A stretch of DNA of 64,000 nucleotides from a virus (lineage: Duplodnaviria; Caudoviricetes): positions 2,016 through 66,015 of IMG/VR virus record IMGVR_UViG_3300043449_000843; one strand, written 5' to 3'. A model generated the notes under the pieces. The model was not told the DNA's origin. It saw nothing but the letters and a program-made list of their open reading frames with translations, and searched no databases. This document shows positions 1 to 9,678 of the stretch, piece by piece. Position 1 is the stretch's first letter; every line of letters starts with the position of its first letter. The position numbers were made by a program, and so were the translations under genes.

Positions 1-1505
1 TATATAAACCCGAAAGAGGAAATGACTTTAAGTTTATAGATAAAAATATCTATGAACAATTTCAAGTCGGTGGTACTGATGTATTTGTACACAAGTACAT
101 AGGTCCAGTTGATCCTAGCGATCCTAACAAAGCACTAGGTGAAACTAGTGTTCAAGATATTTTGTTCGGAGAAAATAGAGATCGTAAGTATGATACGTCT
201 GTTTACGTTATTCGTGGCGTTTATAATGTGCAAGATATTGACTTTAACCTAAGTCAATTTGGTTTATTTTTACAAAACGATACTGTTTTTATGACTATTC
301 ATATCAACAATAGCGTTGATACCGTCGGTCGTAAGATAATGTCAGGTGATGTTTTTGAAATACCTCACTTAAAAGAGTATTACAATTTAAGTACAGCATC
401 GTATGCTCTAAGAAAGTTCTATGTTGTTGAGGATATTAATAGAGCAGCAGAAGGATTTTCTGTTACTTGGTATCCACACCTTTATAGAATAAAGCTAAAA
501 CCAATGCCAGATAGTCAAGAGTACAAGGATATTATTAATAAACCTGTTGACGAGGACAAGTTTGCAGGAGATTGGAAGTGTGAGACGATTTATTATCCAG
601 GGCAAATTATTCGATTTAATGGTATCTTGTACGAAGTAATAAAAAGAGCCGAGTGTAAAACAGCACCAAACAGTGAATATTATCGTCCATTAAATCCAGA
701 CGAAATCGATTCAAGTACAGGAACTAGCGATTATGAGTTAGCATTGCAGGCTAATCAAGCTATACTTGCAGAAGCAGAAGCAGATTCCCCACTTAGCGGT
801 TACGATACTAGACAATTCTATACGTTACAAAAAGACGAGAACGGAAACGTTGCTCTAAGAACAGTTGATCAAAGCAACATTCACATAGATGATCAAGATC
901 ATGCTGATGAGTTTTATGTTCCTCCTGTTAAAGACGGTTATGTTGGGTATTTAACAGGCGACGGAATACCACCAAACGGTCTTCCTTACGGATTTGGCAT
1001 TCAGTTTCCTGAAAATGCAGCAACAGGTGATTACTTTTTACGTGTAGATTACTTACCTAATAGGCTTTTCCGTTACGACGGAGGACGTTGGGTTCTATAC
1101 GAACAGAAAGTTCGTACTAATATTACTAATACCGATACTAGAGATACACAAAAAACTACATTCATTAACAATAATAACCTTAGCGGTGTTGGTATGTTAC
1201 AAACTGATACATTCTATGCAGAGAATCCAAAAGTATTTAGACCTGACGATCCAACATTTAGCTTTAATTTAACAGACAAGAAATTTGTTACTAAGTATCC
1301 ATATGATGCAAAGTACGGTGTAGAAGTTTGGACTAACGAGGCTAGAAATCCTGTAACATCAACATTTAATGAGGGTGGAAAATTAGGGTTCTATGTACAG
1401 TCTGAAATGAAAGTTGGCGACATAATACGTTGGACTATATATCAACTAGCAATTAAACAGAAACAAAGTCTATCTAAGGCTCTTAGACCGAGAGCTGATT
1501 TTTAA
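1..1505 (+). CDS. Neck/head-closure protein (T4 gp14-like), 5' end truncated by the window
   Basis: The frame is open from position 3 (YKPERGNDFKFIDKNIYEQFQVGGTDVFVHKYIGP...), so the true start lies upstream of the window. It contains D.LFGENRDRKYD, LSQFGLF and GDVFEIPHL motifs typical of gp14-like neck proteins and precedes the gp15-like gene. Confidence 0.7.
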   Translation, partial: YKPERGNDFKFIDKNIYEQFQVGGTDVFVHKYIGPVDPSDPNKALGETSVQDILFGENRDRKYDTSVYVIRGVYNVQDIDFNLSQFGLFLQNDTVFMTIHINNSVDTVGRKIMSGDVFEIPHLKEYYNLSTASYALRKFYVVEDINRAAEGFSVTWYPHLYRIKLKPMPDSQEYKDIINKPVDEDKFAGDWKCETIYYPGQIIRFNGILYEVIKRAECKTAPNSEYYRPLNPDEIDSSTGTSDYELALQANQAILAEAEADSPLSGYDTRQFYTLQKDENGNVALRTVDQSNIHIDDQDHADEFYVPPVKDGYVGYLTGDGIPPNGLPYGFGIQFPENAATGDYFLRVDYLPNRLFRYDGGRWVLYEQKVRTNITNTDTRDTQKTTFINNNNLSGVGMLQTDTFYAENPKVFRPDDPTFSFNLTDKKFVTKYPYDAKYGVEVWTNEARNPVTSTFNEGGKLGFYVQSEMKVGDIIRWTIYQLAIKQKQSLSKALRPRADF

Positions 1506-1516
1506 GGAGAACTACA

Positions 1517-2875
1517 ATTCAATGGTTTTATGATGGGCAAATACGTAGATATATTGCTCAAACAATTAGAATGTTAAGCGATTTTAAATATCGTGGAGCC
1601 GATGGTGTAGAAAAAGTTGTACCTGTTGTATATGGAGATCTTTCTCGACAGGTTGCTAGTATCCTTAAGAGCAATAGTGAGAACACATTACCTTCTGCTC
1701 CTAGAATTGCTGTTTATATGACAGACTTGGAATTAGATCGTAATCGTCTAAGTGATTCATCTTTTACTAGTAAAATTAGAATGAAAGAACGTGATGTTGA
1801 TGAGGGGACACATCACTATACTACCGAACAAGGTATTAATTATACAGTTGAGAGATTAATGCCGACTCCTTATAAATTAACTCTTAAAGCAGACATTTGG
1901 ACTACTAATACTGATCAGAAGTTACAAATTTTAGAACAAATATTAGTACTATTCAATCCAAGTTTTGAAATACAAACTACAGATAATTACGTTGATTGGA
2001 CTAGTCTCAGTGTCGTTGAGCTAACAGACGTTATATTAAGTAGTAGATCTATTCCTGTAGGAACAGAATCTGAAATTGATATTGCTACATTAGAATTTGA
2101 AACTCCAATTTATATTACACCTCCTGCAAAAGTTACAAGAATGGGGGTAATTCATACTATTATTACTAACATTTTTACAGAACCAACAGGTACAACAGAT
2201 CCAGGATTTATTTTTGGTAAACCAGATTCGGTTCAATATATTACTCCTGGAAGATTTGGAGTACTTATAATTGATAATACAGCAAGATTGTTAGGTCCAG
2301 GGGAAAATGTTAGTGATGACGAGGTTCCTGTTAAGTATGGGCCTAACATTAGTTGGTATAAGTTACTTGATTTATACGGTAAATTTCGCTCAGGTATTAG
2401 TAGAATACATCTTAAAAAAGCAGATGGTACAGAGGTAGTTGGTACTATGTCAGTTAATCCTGCAGATGAAACACTTGTTATAGTTAATTGGGATGCAGAT
2501 ACCTTTCCAACTAATACAATTATTCAAGGACGTAGCACTATTGATGCTATTATCGATCCATTAACTTATAATCCCGAGCAACCTGTTGCTACTGGAATAC
2601 GTTTCTTACTGTTAGAAGGTATAGGTGACCCTATAAATGATGATGGTCCAGATGGCTGGAAAAATTTAGATAATAGTGATTTTATCACAGGTCCTAATAA
2701 TATAATCGAATGGGACGGAACTAAATGGACGGTTGTTTTTGATGCAGCTAATACTAACGAAATTACATATGTTACAAACCTAAGAACAGGTATTCAGTAT
2801 AAATGGGATGGGGAATCCTGGACCAAGAGTTTTGAAGGCGAATACAGAGAAGGCCATTGGCGAATGGTATTGTAA
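1517..2875 (+). CDS. Tail terminator / sheath stabilizer (T4 gp15-like)
   Basis: FYDGQIRRY, VPVVYGD, PRIAVY and QKLQILEQILVLFNP motifs are gp15-like. The frame is open upstream of the listed ATG (1571) to an ATT at 1517 preceded by the SD AAGGAG. Confidence 0.75.
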   Translation: MQWFYDGQIRRYIAQTIRMLSDFKYRGADGVEKVVPVVYGDLSRQVASILKSNSENTLPSAPRIAVYMTDLELDRNRLSDSSFTSKIRMKERDVDEGTHHYTTEQGINYTVERLMPTPYKLTLKADIWTTNTDQKLQILEQILVLFNPSFEIQTTDNYVDWTSLSVVELTDVILSSRSIPVGTESEIDIATLEFETPIYITPPAKVTRMGVIHTIITNIFTEPTGTTDPGFIFGKPDSVQYITPGRFGVLIIDNTARLLGPGENVSDDEVPVKYGPNISWYKLLDLYGKFRSGISRIHLKKADGTEVVGTMSVNPADETLVIVNWDADTFPTNTIIQGRSTIDAIIDPLTYNPEQPVATGIRFLLLEGIGDPINDDGPDGWKNLDNSDFITGPNNIIEWDGTKWTVVFDAANTNEITYVTNLRTGIQYKWDGESWTKSFEGEYREGHWRMVL

Positions 2876-3309
2876 GCAAACGTATACGTGGTAGTGGTGT
2901 TTTATTTCTAAGTAAAGAAACAAAACGATTTTTGCTATTACAGAAAGCGTCAGGTAAAAAAGAAGGTATGTGGGGGCTTGTTGGAGGCAAAATTGAGCAC
3001 GGCGAGTCTGCTTGGCAATGCTTACAACGAGAAATAGTTGAAGAGATTGGGTTCTTACCAGAAATAATTAAATCTATACCTTTAGAAACATTTGTTAGCG
3101 ATGACGAACAATTTGATTTTAGGACTTATATATGTCTTGTCGACAACGAGTTTATTCCTAAATTAAGTAAAGAACATAACGGCTGGGCTTGGTGTTTGCT
3201 TGATAAATGGCCAAAGCCTGTTCATCAAGGTATTAAAAATACCGTTAACAGTAAATCAATTCGTGCTAAAATAGAAACGATATTTGAGTTGATCGACTTA
3301 ATAAATTAA
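2857..3309 (+). CDS. NUDIX hydrolase
   Basis: Nudix box [23 protein letters not shown]. Confidence 0.9.
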   Translation: MANGIVSKRIRGSGVLFLSKETKRFLLLQKASGKKEGMWGLVGGKIEHGESAWQCLQREIVEEIGFLPEIIKSIPLETFVSDDEQFDFRTYICLVDNEFIPKLSKEHNGWAWCLLDKWPKPVHQGIKNTVNSKSIRAKIETIFELIDLIN

Positions 3310-5168
3310 GCCGACCAACTTCTTAAACCTTTCCAAGTTGTGCCATTATCATCCGTGATAAAGACTAACATGTCGTCACCTGCTACTGTTAATGTAGGAG
3401 CAATACCTCCCGACCATACAACAGACACCGGCCATGTAATAACCTGTGAACCTGCGTTAGTTAACTTTAGAACAAATCCAAATAATCTTGATGCAGGAGG
3501 ATTACTAAAAGTAAATGTTGTAGTCGTAGTTAAGGTTTTAGTAAAATAAATACCTAAACTACAATCAACATCATCAGCAGCCATTGCTACAATATTAACA
3601 GAGGTACTTCCTGCAAGGTCTAACGTTGTTAATGGATTAGAAGTACCTACACCAACATTACCGCCTGTATAATAGATATCAGACGCTCCTGTTGCTGACC
3701 AAGGTCCACCCGTTGGTCCTGTTGGTCCTGGTACACCCGTTGGTCCAGTAACACTAGGTCCTGTTGGTCCAGTCCACCCTGTTGGACCTGTCACAGATCC
3801 ACTAGGTCCTGTTGGTCCAGTAACTGCGATACCCATTGGTCCTGTCGGACCTGTTGGACCTGTCACAGATCCACTAGGTCCTGTTGGTCCAGTAACTGCT
3901 ATACCCATTGGTCCTGTTGGTCCTGTTACTCCAGCAGTTCCTGTTGGTCCAGTAACACTAGGTCCTGTTGGTCCAACATCACCTGTGGGACCAGTAACAC
4001 CTAATCCTTCTGGTCCAGTTGGACCTGTTGCACCGGTTGGTCCAACGTCGCCTATAGGACCAGTAGCACCCGAACCAGCTGGTCCTGTAGCACCAGTAGC
4101 ACCGGTTGGTCCAATATTACCTGTAGGACCAGTAGCACCTGAACCAGCAGGTCCTGTTACACCAGTAGGTCCTGTTGCACCTGTTGGTCCTATGCTACCT
4201 GTATTACCTGGTCTACCTGTTGGTCCTGTAGTACCAACAGATCCTGTAGCACCAGTTGCACCTCTAGCACCAGTTGGTCCTGTTACGCTAGGACCTGTTG
4301 GTCCTATAATACCTTGTGGTCCTTGAATATTACCAAGGTTTTCCCAACTGCCTCCAGTCCAAACCCATAGATCACCGTTGATAAGATACCCATCACCAGC
4401 GTTACCAGGATAGCCCGACGGATATCCTGGAAGTTCAGGAAATGAATTTACCGAACCTTGTATATTAATTGCTGCGCCTGTGGGGCCAGTAACACCTTGA
4501 GGACCAGTAACACCTTGAGGACCAGTTGCTCCGGTTGGTCCAGTTACGCTTGGTCCTGTAACACTAGGACCTGTTGGACCAGTAGGTCCAAGACTGCCAT
4601 CACCACCTCCAGGTCCTGTCGGACCTGTTGGACCTTGCGGACCAACACTAGCAACAAATTGCCAAGTATCTGGTCCGTAAATAAATGAATACGTAGTTCC
4701 TGTAAGATTTAATAATACATTATCATTAAAGCCTTCAATAGTAGATCCATTCATATCAACAATGATTGGAATTGTTCGAAGACTTACACCATTGGTATTT
4801 AGATCTGATCCATCAGTTATCTGAACCTCAGTTCCTAATGTTGGATTTGCTGGTAGATATACAGTAAATGTACCTCCACTTGAGTCAACAATGAGTCTAT
4901 CACCGTGAGATGCTGTATAATCAGTTGTTATTAGCGTCCACGGTGATAAATTTCCTCCAGCTCCTGCTACTGTATCGAATCTAAGATTTCCTTGGCCGTC
5001 AGTTAAAATTGCTTGACCGGATTGACCGCCGCCAACTTTAAGATTTGCTATATCATTGACATTAAGATTATTACTAATATTAACATTACTAGTATCTAGT
5101 GTGATACTTTTACCAGTGCTTGTTTCAATCTTGTAATCGTTGTCAACCCTTACAATTTTTTTCGACAT
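3306..5168 (-). CDS. Collagen-like (Gly-X-Thr) fibre protein, probable head or tail fibre
   Basis: Long GPT/GAT/GVT triplet tracts; an N-terminal [20 protein letters not shown] fibre repeat; a C-terminal beta-sandwich-like domain (TFTFSNPP...[17 protein letters not shown]). Confidence 0.8.
   Translation of the reverse strand: MSKKIVRVDNDYKIETSTGKSITLDTSNVNISNNLNVNDIANLKVGGGQSGQAILTDGQGNLRFDTVAGAGGNLSPWTLITTDYTASHGDRLIVDSSGGTFTVYLPANPTLGTEVQITDGSDLNTNGVSLRTIPIIVDMNGSTIEGFNDNVLLNLTGTTYSFIYGPDTWQFVASVGPQGPTGPTGPGGGDGSLGPTGPTGPSVTGPSVTGPTGATGPQGVTGPQGVTGPTGAAINIQGSVNSFPELPGYPSGYPGNAGDGYLINGDLWVWTGGSWENLGNIQGPQGIIGPTGPSVTGPTGARGATGATGSVGTTGPTGRPGNTGSIGPTGATGPTGVTGPAGSGATGPTGNIGPTGATGATGPAGSGATGPIGDVGPTGATGPTGPEGLGVTGPTGDVGPTGPSVTGPTGTAGVTGPTGPMGIAVTGPTGPSGSVTGPTGPTGPMGIAVTGPTGPSGSVTGPTGWTGPTGPSVTGPTGVPGPTGPTGGPWSATGASDIYYTGGNVGVGTSNPLTTLDLAGSTSVNIVAMAADDVDCSLGIYFTKTLTTTTTFTFSNPPASRLFGFVLKLTNAGSQVITWPVSVVWSGGIAPTLTVAGDDMLVFITDDNGTTWKGLRSWSA
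3778..3918. repeat. Near-perfect tandem duplication (72-bp period) within the collagen-like gene
   Basis: CCTGTTGGACCTGTCACAGATCCACTAGGTCCTGTTGGTCCAGTAACTGC... occurs at 3778 and again at 3850; it encodes [21 protein letters not shown] twice. Confidence 0.85.
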
Positions 5169-5177
5169 TTATTTCCC

Positions 5178-5558
5178 TTAGGCGATAGGTGTTAGTATGA
5201 TAATATCTGCTGATGAGTCGTTTTGAACAACCCATGTATAACGATTACCACTCCAGTCAATAGCAGTTCTTTTCTGTAATTTGTTAATAACTACTGGCGA
5301 TCCAGTCTGACCGTTTATATAACCAGTAATTTTCATTTCACCATTAGCAGATGGTGTACCACTTACAAGTTTACAAAATCCTGTAGTTGAATCAGAAATA
5401 TCTTGAACCTTGTATTTGCGAGCTCCTGCCTGTTTCATAATGAATACATCTGCTCTTAAACTTCCACTAAAATAAGCATCGACTCTAATACCTAATGCGC
5501 TTACTGTAGTACCTCTAACATCTACTCCGTTAACATCTTTATATAGCGGGCGTCCCAT
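5178..5558 (-). CDS. Hypothetical virion structural protein
   Basis: 126-aa ORF with a strong SD (AAGGAG) and an upstream late-promoter-like motif; it lies immediately downstream of the major capsid gene. Confidence 0.7.
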   Translation of the reverse strand: MGRPLYKDVNGVDVRGTTVSALGIRVDAYFSGSLRADVFIMKQAGARKYKVQDISDSTTGFCKLVSGTPSANGEMKITGYINGQTGSPVVINKLQKRTAIDWSGNRYTWVVQNDSSADIIILTPIA

Positions 5559-5624
5559 TTTTTTCTCCTTAATAGCCGTTCTAGGGCTATGGGGTGGGGT
5601 TCCCCATAAACCATTCGGTAGTAG

Positions 5625-5632
5625 TATTTATC
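5625..5632 (-). promoter_or_regulatory. T4-type late promoter-like motif (GATAAATA)
   Basis: TAAATA core on the minus strand, just after the capsid terminator and upstream of ORF 5558. Confidence 0.6.
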
Positions 5633-5644
5633 TTTTACTAAGTC

Positions 5645-5671
5645 AAAAGAAAAGCGGGCATAAAGCCCGCT
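5645..5671 (-). terminator. Rho-independent terminator of the major capsid operon
   Basis: AGCGGGC-5 nt-GCCCGCT hairpin followed by TTTCTTTT on the minus strand, ~20 nt after the capsid stop codon. Confidence 0.85.
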
Positions 5672-5692
5672 AATCTTATTATTTCAAATCTA

Positions 5693-6868
5693 TTAAGAGA
5701 ACTTAACAGATCCTGATGTTAGACCTACTAGTCCGAGATAGTCAGCAGCATTACCAAGTGATGATGCAGCATTGTTAAGCTCAACATAACCATAACGTGT
5801 CATGAAGCTAACGACTGGCTCGAAAGTAGTTGGATCAAGTACAACACCGCTTGACATTAGAGGAATGTATGGGCAGTAGAACGCAGGAGCGTCTGACTCA
5901 CTTGTACCCTTATAACCAATAAGAACTGGTGTTGAGTCATCTGCATAAGCATTGACATAAACACGCATTGAGCTGTTTAGTGTTCCAACGAACTTAGTGT
6001 TTGTTGGAGCCTCAAAAGTTCCTTCAGTTGTACGAGCAAATGCAGAAGTTGTTGCACTCTGAAGAATAGTTAGAGCGAACGGAGAAACAACTGCATAGTT
6101 ACCAGCACCGCGACGTGTACGCTGAGCAATTAGGTTAGCAACACGGTTGATCTGAACAGCAAGAGCTGCGTGCTCGTCACCAACGAAAGTTGCAACACCA
6201 CTTACTGTTGCCTGGTCGTATGTCTCAATAGCAGTACCTGCTAGTGACTGTAGTGAGTTTAGGATTTCCTGATCAATTTCAGCAGTGATTTCCTGTGCAA
6301 GAGCTGCCATGATTTCTGCTTCAATATCAATACCCTGCTGAGCCTGGGCGTCCTGAGCAGCCTCGAATGTCCAACGAGCGGATAGCTTACGAGTCTTAGC
6401 CTCGACTACCTGCTTGAGGATCTGGATGCTCATTCTCTTACCAGCAGCACCTTCAAGAGTTGCAGTTGAAGTTGCCTTTGGATTAGCAGAAACTTCATTG
6501 CCTGAATAGGCAGCAGCAATCTTGAATGGGCTTAGTGCCTCTTCGCCTGCAGTAACGCCAGCACCTGAAGAAGTGTCAGCATAACGAACGCGAAGTGTAT
6601 GGATCTGTCCAACTGGACCTGTCATTGGCTGAACGCCAACGAGCTCGTTTGCAATAACTGTCGGCATAACACGACGAATTACTGGAAGAATAACTCTGTT
6701 AAGAGTTGCAACATTACCGGCAGATGTAGCACCAGCAGTAGCAGACTCTGCGAGATACTTACGTGTATTCTCGAGAGTAACGGCCATTACTGACTTACGA
6801 TTTCCCTGAAGGCCTTCTAGAAGTGCCTCTTTAGTGTCCTGCCAGCGGCTTTCTAATAGTTCTGACAT
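5693..6868 (-). CDS. Major capsid protein (T4 gp23-like)
   Basis: LVGVQPMTGPVGQIHTLR, AKTRKLSARWTFEAAQD, EITAEIDQEI and FYCPYIPL...MTRYG motifs. Confidence 0.97.
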   Translation of the reverse strand: MSELLESRWQDTKEALLEGLQGNRKSVMAVTLENTRKYLAESATAGATSAGNVATLNRVILPVIRRVMPTVIANELVGVQPMTGPVGQIHTLRVRYADTSSGAGVTAGEEALSPFKIAAAYSGNEVSANPKATSTATLEGAAGKRMSIQILKQVVEAKTRKLSARWTFEAAQDAQAQQGIDIEAEIMAALAQEITAEIDQEILNSLQSLAGTAIETYDQATVSGVATFVGDEHAALAVQINRVANLIAQRTRRGAGNYAVVSPFALTILQSATTSAFARTTEGTFEAPTNTKFVGTLNSSMRVYVNAYADDSTPVLIGYKGTSESDAPAFYCPYIPLMSSGVVLDPTTFEPVVSFMTRYGYVELNNAASSLGNAADYLGLVGLTSGSVKFS

Positions 6869-6881
6869 AGCTTAAAACTCC

Positions 6882-7970
6882 TTATTTTAATCCCGCTAGT
6901 CTACGGATATCAACGATGTTGCTTTCAACTTGTGCAACATTGCTGTTATTATTTGGTTTGTTACCTGTGATTTCTTTTGCCTCTACTAGTGCCTGCTTAG
7001 GTGCCGAATTATCCGACAATACTGCCGGTAAATATTTGTCATATGATGCACGAAGCTTTGATGTCTGTACGCTCTCTAAGAGGTTTGACATAATTTCGCG
7101 CTTGTCCTTGCTGAGAGGTGCAAGAAGCTCACTAATGACCTCCTTACGTGCATTAAGATCCTGCATACGTGCAAGCTCCTTCTGCTTACTTTCAACTAGT
7201 ACATTCTTCTTCTCAATCGCAGCCTTTGCTTCAGCTAATGCAGAATTTTGTTTCTTAACAAGATTCATTAACTTAGCAACTTCTGTCTTTTCATTGAGAT
7301 AGCTATGAGTGTATTCCGAAGCAAACGCTTCGAAGATTCTACGACCAAAGTCATTTGATCTAGCTGAAGAAATGTCTTCCTTTAGCTGATGAATTTCTGA
7401 CTTTAATGTCTTAGCAACTGTTTCTTCAACTATCTTAGCTGAACGCTTAATGAAGTTAGCCTTAACTGCGTCAAGCTGGCTCTTAGCCTCCTTAACTAGT
7501 TTTACCTTAGTCTCAACTACTTCCTTCTTGTCAGCTGCAAATTCAGAAAGTTCTTTAGTGAGCTTCTTTACAACAAACTCTTCTAACTTTCCAAAATTAC
7601 TTGATATAATTTTCTGATCTTCATGTAGCTCTGAAAGCTCTGCCTTAAGCTGACGAATAACGAATTCCTTCATCATTGCAGCGTCTGACTTCATCTTCTT
7701 TGCATACTTTGCTTTAGCTTCTGCAAGTTGCTTTCTGTCTTCTACGAATTCAGCAATTTCACCTGCGAGACGATCAGTCATTAGCTTGTCCATAGCTTCA
7801 ACTAATGAAGCCTTCTCATGTTCAAACTTTGATGCAAACTCTTCACGAAGTTGTGCAGTTACCTGGTCACGATTTTCTTGGATTCTCTTGTTCCAAGCAT
7901 CTTCGATACTTGTTTTGATCTCCTCGGAAACCACATTGTTTTCAAATAGCTGTTTTAAAACTTCCAACAT
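6882..7970 (-). CDS. Prohead core scaffolding protein (gp22-like)
   Basis: Highly charged coiled-coil protein between the protease and the capsid gene; ATG at 7970 follows a GGAG SD. Confidence 0.85.
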   Translation of the reverse strand: MLEVLKQLFENNVVSEEIKTSIEDAWNKRIQENRDQVTAQLREEFASKFEHEKASLVEAMDKLMTDRLAGEIAEFVEDRKQLAEAKAKYAKKMKSDAAMMKEFVIRQLKAELSELHEDQKIISSNFGKLEEFVVKKLTKELSEFAADKKEVVETKVKLVKEAKSQLDAVKANFIKRSAKIVEETVAKTLKSEIHQLKEDISSARSNDFGRRIFEAFASEYTHSYLNEKTEVAKLMNLVKKQNSALAEAKAAIEKKNVLVESKQKELARMQDLNARKEVISELLAPLSKDKREIMSNLLESVQTSKLRASYDKYLPAVLSDNSAPKQALVEAKEITGNKPNNNSNVAQVESNIVDIRRLAGLK

Positions 7971-7984
7971 GTGTATCTCCTTAC

Positions 7985-8611
7985 TCATTGGAGTCCTCGT
8001 ATAATATTTACGAGTTGTTCTTGTAAAAATTTCTGTGCCTTTGGATCGCCTTGAACTTCTTTTGCCATTTGTAATGCCTTGTATCCACCCCTTGCATTCA
8101 TGAGGTGTTCATAAACCACGACTGGATAGGCACCAGGAGCAGAAGGTTGAGCAACAATGTCAACAGTAACAATTTCAAAGTCGCTTACACGACCCGACCC
8201 GTCCTCTTGAACATTGCCGCTTCCTCTACTACTAACGCCTAACTTTACGCCTGATTCTAACATTGTTCTAATCAACTGCCCCATTGGTGTTGGTAAAATT
8301 TTAAGTTTACCGTACCCGTTGGGCCCATCCATCCACATCTCGGTAATCATGTGTGACACACGATCTAAGTTGATTCTTAAATCCTGTGGATGGTCTACTT
8401 CTCCAAGTACACTGTATCCACCGCTGATCTGATCATTAAGTGTTTTGACAGCCTTAGCGATTTCAGGAACAGGATAAACCCTCTGATTAGCATTTCTTAC
8501 ACCACCTTGGATGCAAATGCCTTTCATGTAAAGGTTTTTCCCGTCTTTATCATCGCTCTCAACGACCATTTTAGCTTGGTCGAAAGATAGGTGTTCCTGA
8601 AGATATAGCAT
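7985..8611 (-). CDS. Prohead maturation protease (gp21-like)
   Basis: NANQRVYP, LGEVDHP, GVSSRGSG and DIVAQPSAPGA motifs. Confidence 0.95.
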   Translation of the reverse strand: MLYLQEHLSFDQAKMVVESDDKDGKNLYMKGICIQGGVRNANQRVYPVPEIAKAVKTLNDQISGGYSVLGEVDHPQDLRINLDRVSHMITEMWMDGPNGYGKLKILPTPMGQLIRTMLESGVKLGVSSRGSGNVQEDGSGRVSDFEIVTVDIVAQPSAPGAYPVVVYEHLMNARGGYKALQMAKEVQGDPKAQKFLQEQLVNIIRGLQ

Positions 8612-8616
8612 CTATA

Positions 8617-9588
8617 TTAACCCTTTTGTGGCTTTAGGAATGGCTTTACAGAAACGCCGTCGCCCTTGCCCTTCTTCTCAGCTCCATGACCTGCTGGAAC
8701 ATTCTTAAGGTGCTTAATGCCGGCCTTGCCACCTGGAACGTTTACGTTACCTGCATTATCTTCCTTTGTAGTTGGCTCTAGTAAGCCGCCCTTTGTTCCC
8801 TTAGTGTCACCTGTTCCACCGCGTACAATGTTTGCAGTAGTTCCGCCCATGTCGTTCTTACCTGCAACAACGCTCTTTGTATGTGTTCCTGCTTCTTCTG
8901 AAGAACCAAGTACACCCTTGCCGCCCTTGTATGCGTCGCCGATCTTCTCAACGTACTCTCTCATTTGCTCAACTGGTGAAAGGTCAATGTCTTCAATGTC
9001 CTCAAAGTTGAAAGACTCAGCTGGCTCTTCTTCCTTCTCGTCTTCCTCTTCACCTTCGTCCTCTGACTCGTCGTCCATGCCGCCGAAATCTGGATCATCC
9101 TCACCGTCGTTATGCTCTGGCTCATTCTCTTCGTCGGCCATTAGCTTCTCAAACTCTGCCTTAAGGTCGTCAAGTGCATCTTCAAGATCCATTACACGAT
9201 CTTCGAGACCTTCTTCACCACCCATGTCATCTCCGCCAGCGTCATCCATGTCATCCATGTCATCCATGTCATCACCTGCGTCTGCTCCAACGTCGCCCAT
9301 CATGTCGTCAGTTGGGTCACCGCCAAATCCACCTGGCTCTTCAGAGAAAGCAATGAAAGCTTCTTCAACTGTTTCATCGTCCTCGTCGTCCTTGGCTTCT
9401 TCCATTTCCTCATCGTCGTCGCACTTGGCTTCGTCAATGTCAACGTCCTTCATCTCTTCCTCGAAAAGACCTTCGTAAATCTCACGTGACTTGTTTACTA
9501 CTAATGAGTGGAATAGTTCTTCTGCTTTTTCCTGCTCGCCGTTGACGATGTACTCAAGCAACTGTTCAAAATTTTGTGTACTGGCCAT
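8617..9588 (-). CDS. Highly acidic prohead core/internal protein
   Basis: D/E-rich low-complexity protein upstream of the protease, in the position of the T4 gp67/gp68 core genes; it contains a DDM tandem repeat (9-bp unit near 9241-9273). Confidence 0.65.
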   Translation of the reverse strand: MASTQNFEQLLEYIVNGEQEKAEELFHSLVVNKSREIYEGLFEEEMKDVDIDEAKCDDDEEMEEAKDDEDDETVEEAFIAFSEEPGGFGGDPTDDMMGDVGADAGDDMDDMDDMDDAGGDDMGGEEGLEDRVMDLEDALDDLKAEFEKLMADEENEPEHNDGEDDPDFGGMDDESEDEGEEEDEKEEEPAESFNFEDIEDIDLSPVEQMREYVEKIGDAYKGGKGVLGSSEEAGTHTKSVVAGKNDMGGTTANIVRGGTGDTKGTKGGLLEPTTKEDNAGNVNVPGGKAGIKHLKNVPAGHGAEKKGKGDGVSVKPFLKPQKG

Positions 9589-9619
9589 GATAAATCTCCT
9601 ATAGCTAAGGCTGTCGTAT

Positions 9620-9636
9620 TATTTACGGTTTATTTA
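9620..9636 (-). promoter_or_regulatory. Two TAAATA late-promoter-like motifs for the head operon
   Basis: TATTTA on the + strand at 9620-9625 and 9631-9636, upstream of ORF 9588. Confidence 0.55.
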
Positions 9637-9678
9637 AATGATTGGCGTAAAATAGGCCAAAAATTGAAGATTTGGCTA

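Noticed and set aside
3306-3309. 4-bp TTAA overlaps of convergent genes (also 16792-16795 and 62652-62655)
   Set aside because: Shared stop-codon overlaps are common in compact AT-rich phage genomes; there is no evidence of insertion target-site duplications.
3985-4326. Pro/Val/Gly-rich ORF antisense to the collagen-like gene
   Set aside because: A shadow ORF produced by the repetitive GPT codons on the opposite strand.
3700-4650. CRISPR-like or DGR-like repeat array
   Set aside because: The repeats are in-frame collagen triplets without unique spacers; no cas or reverse transcriptase gene is in the window.
8717-9478. 253-aa Ser-rich ORF antisense to the acidic core protein
   Set aside because: A mirror of Asp/Glu codons on the coding strand; the other short antisense ORFs in the track were rejected for the same reason.
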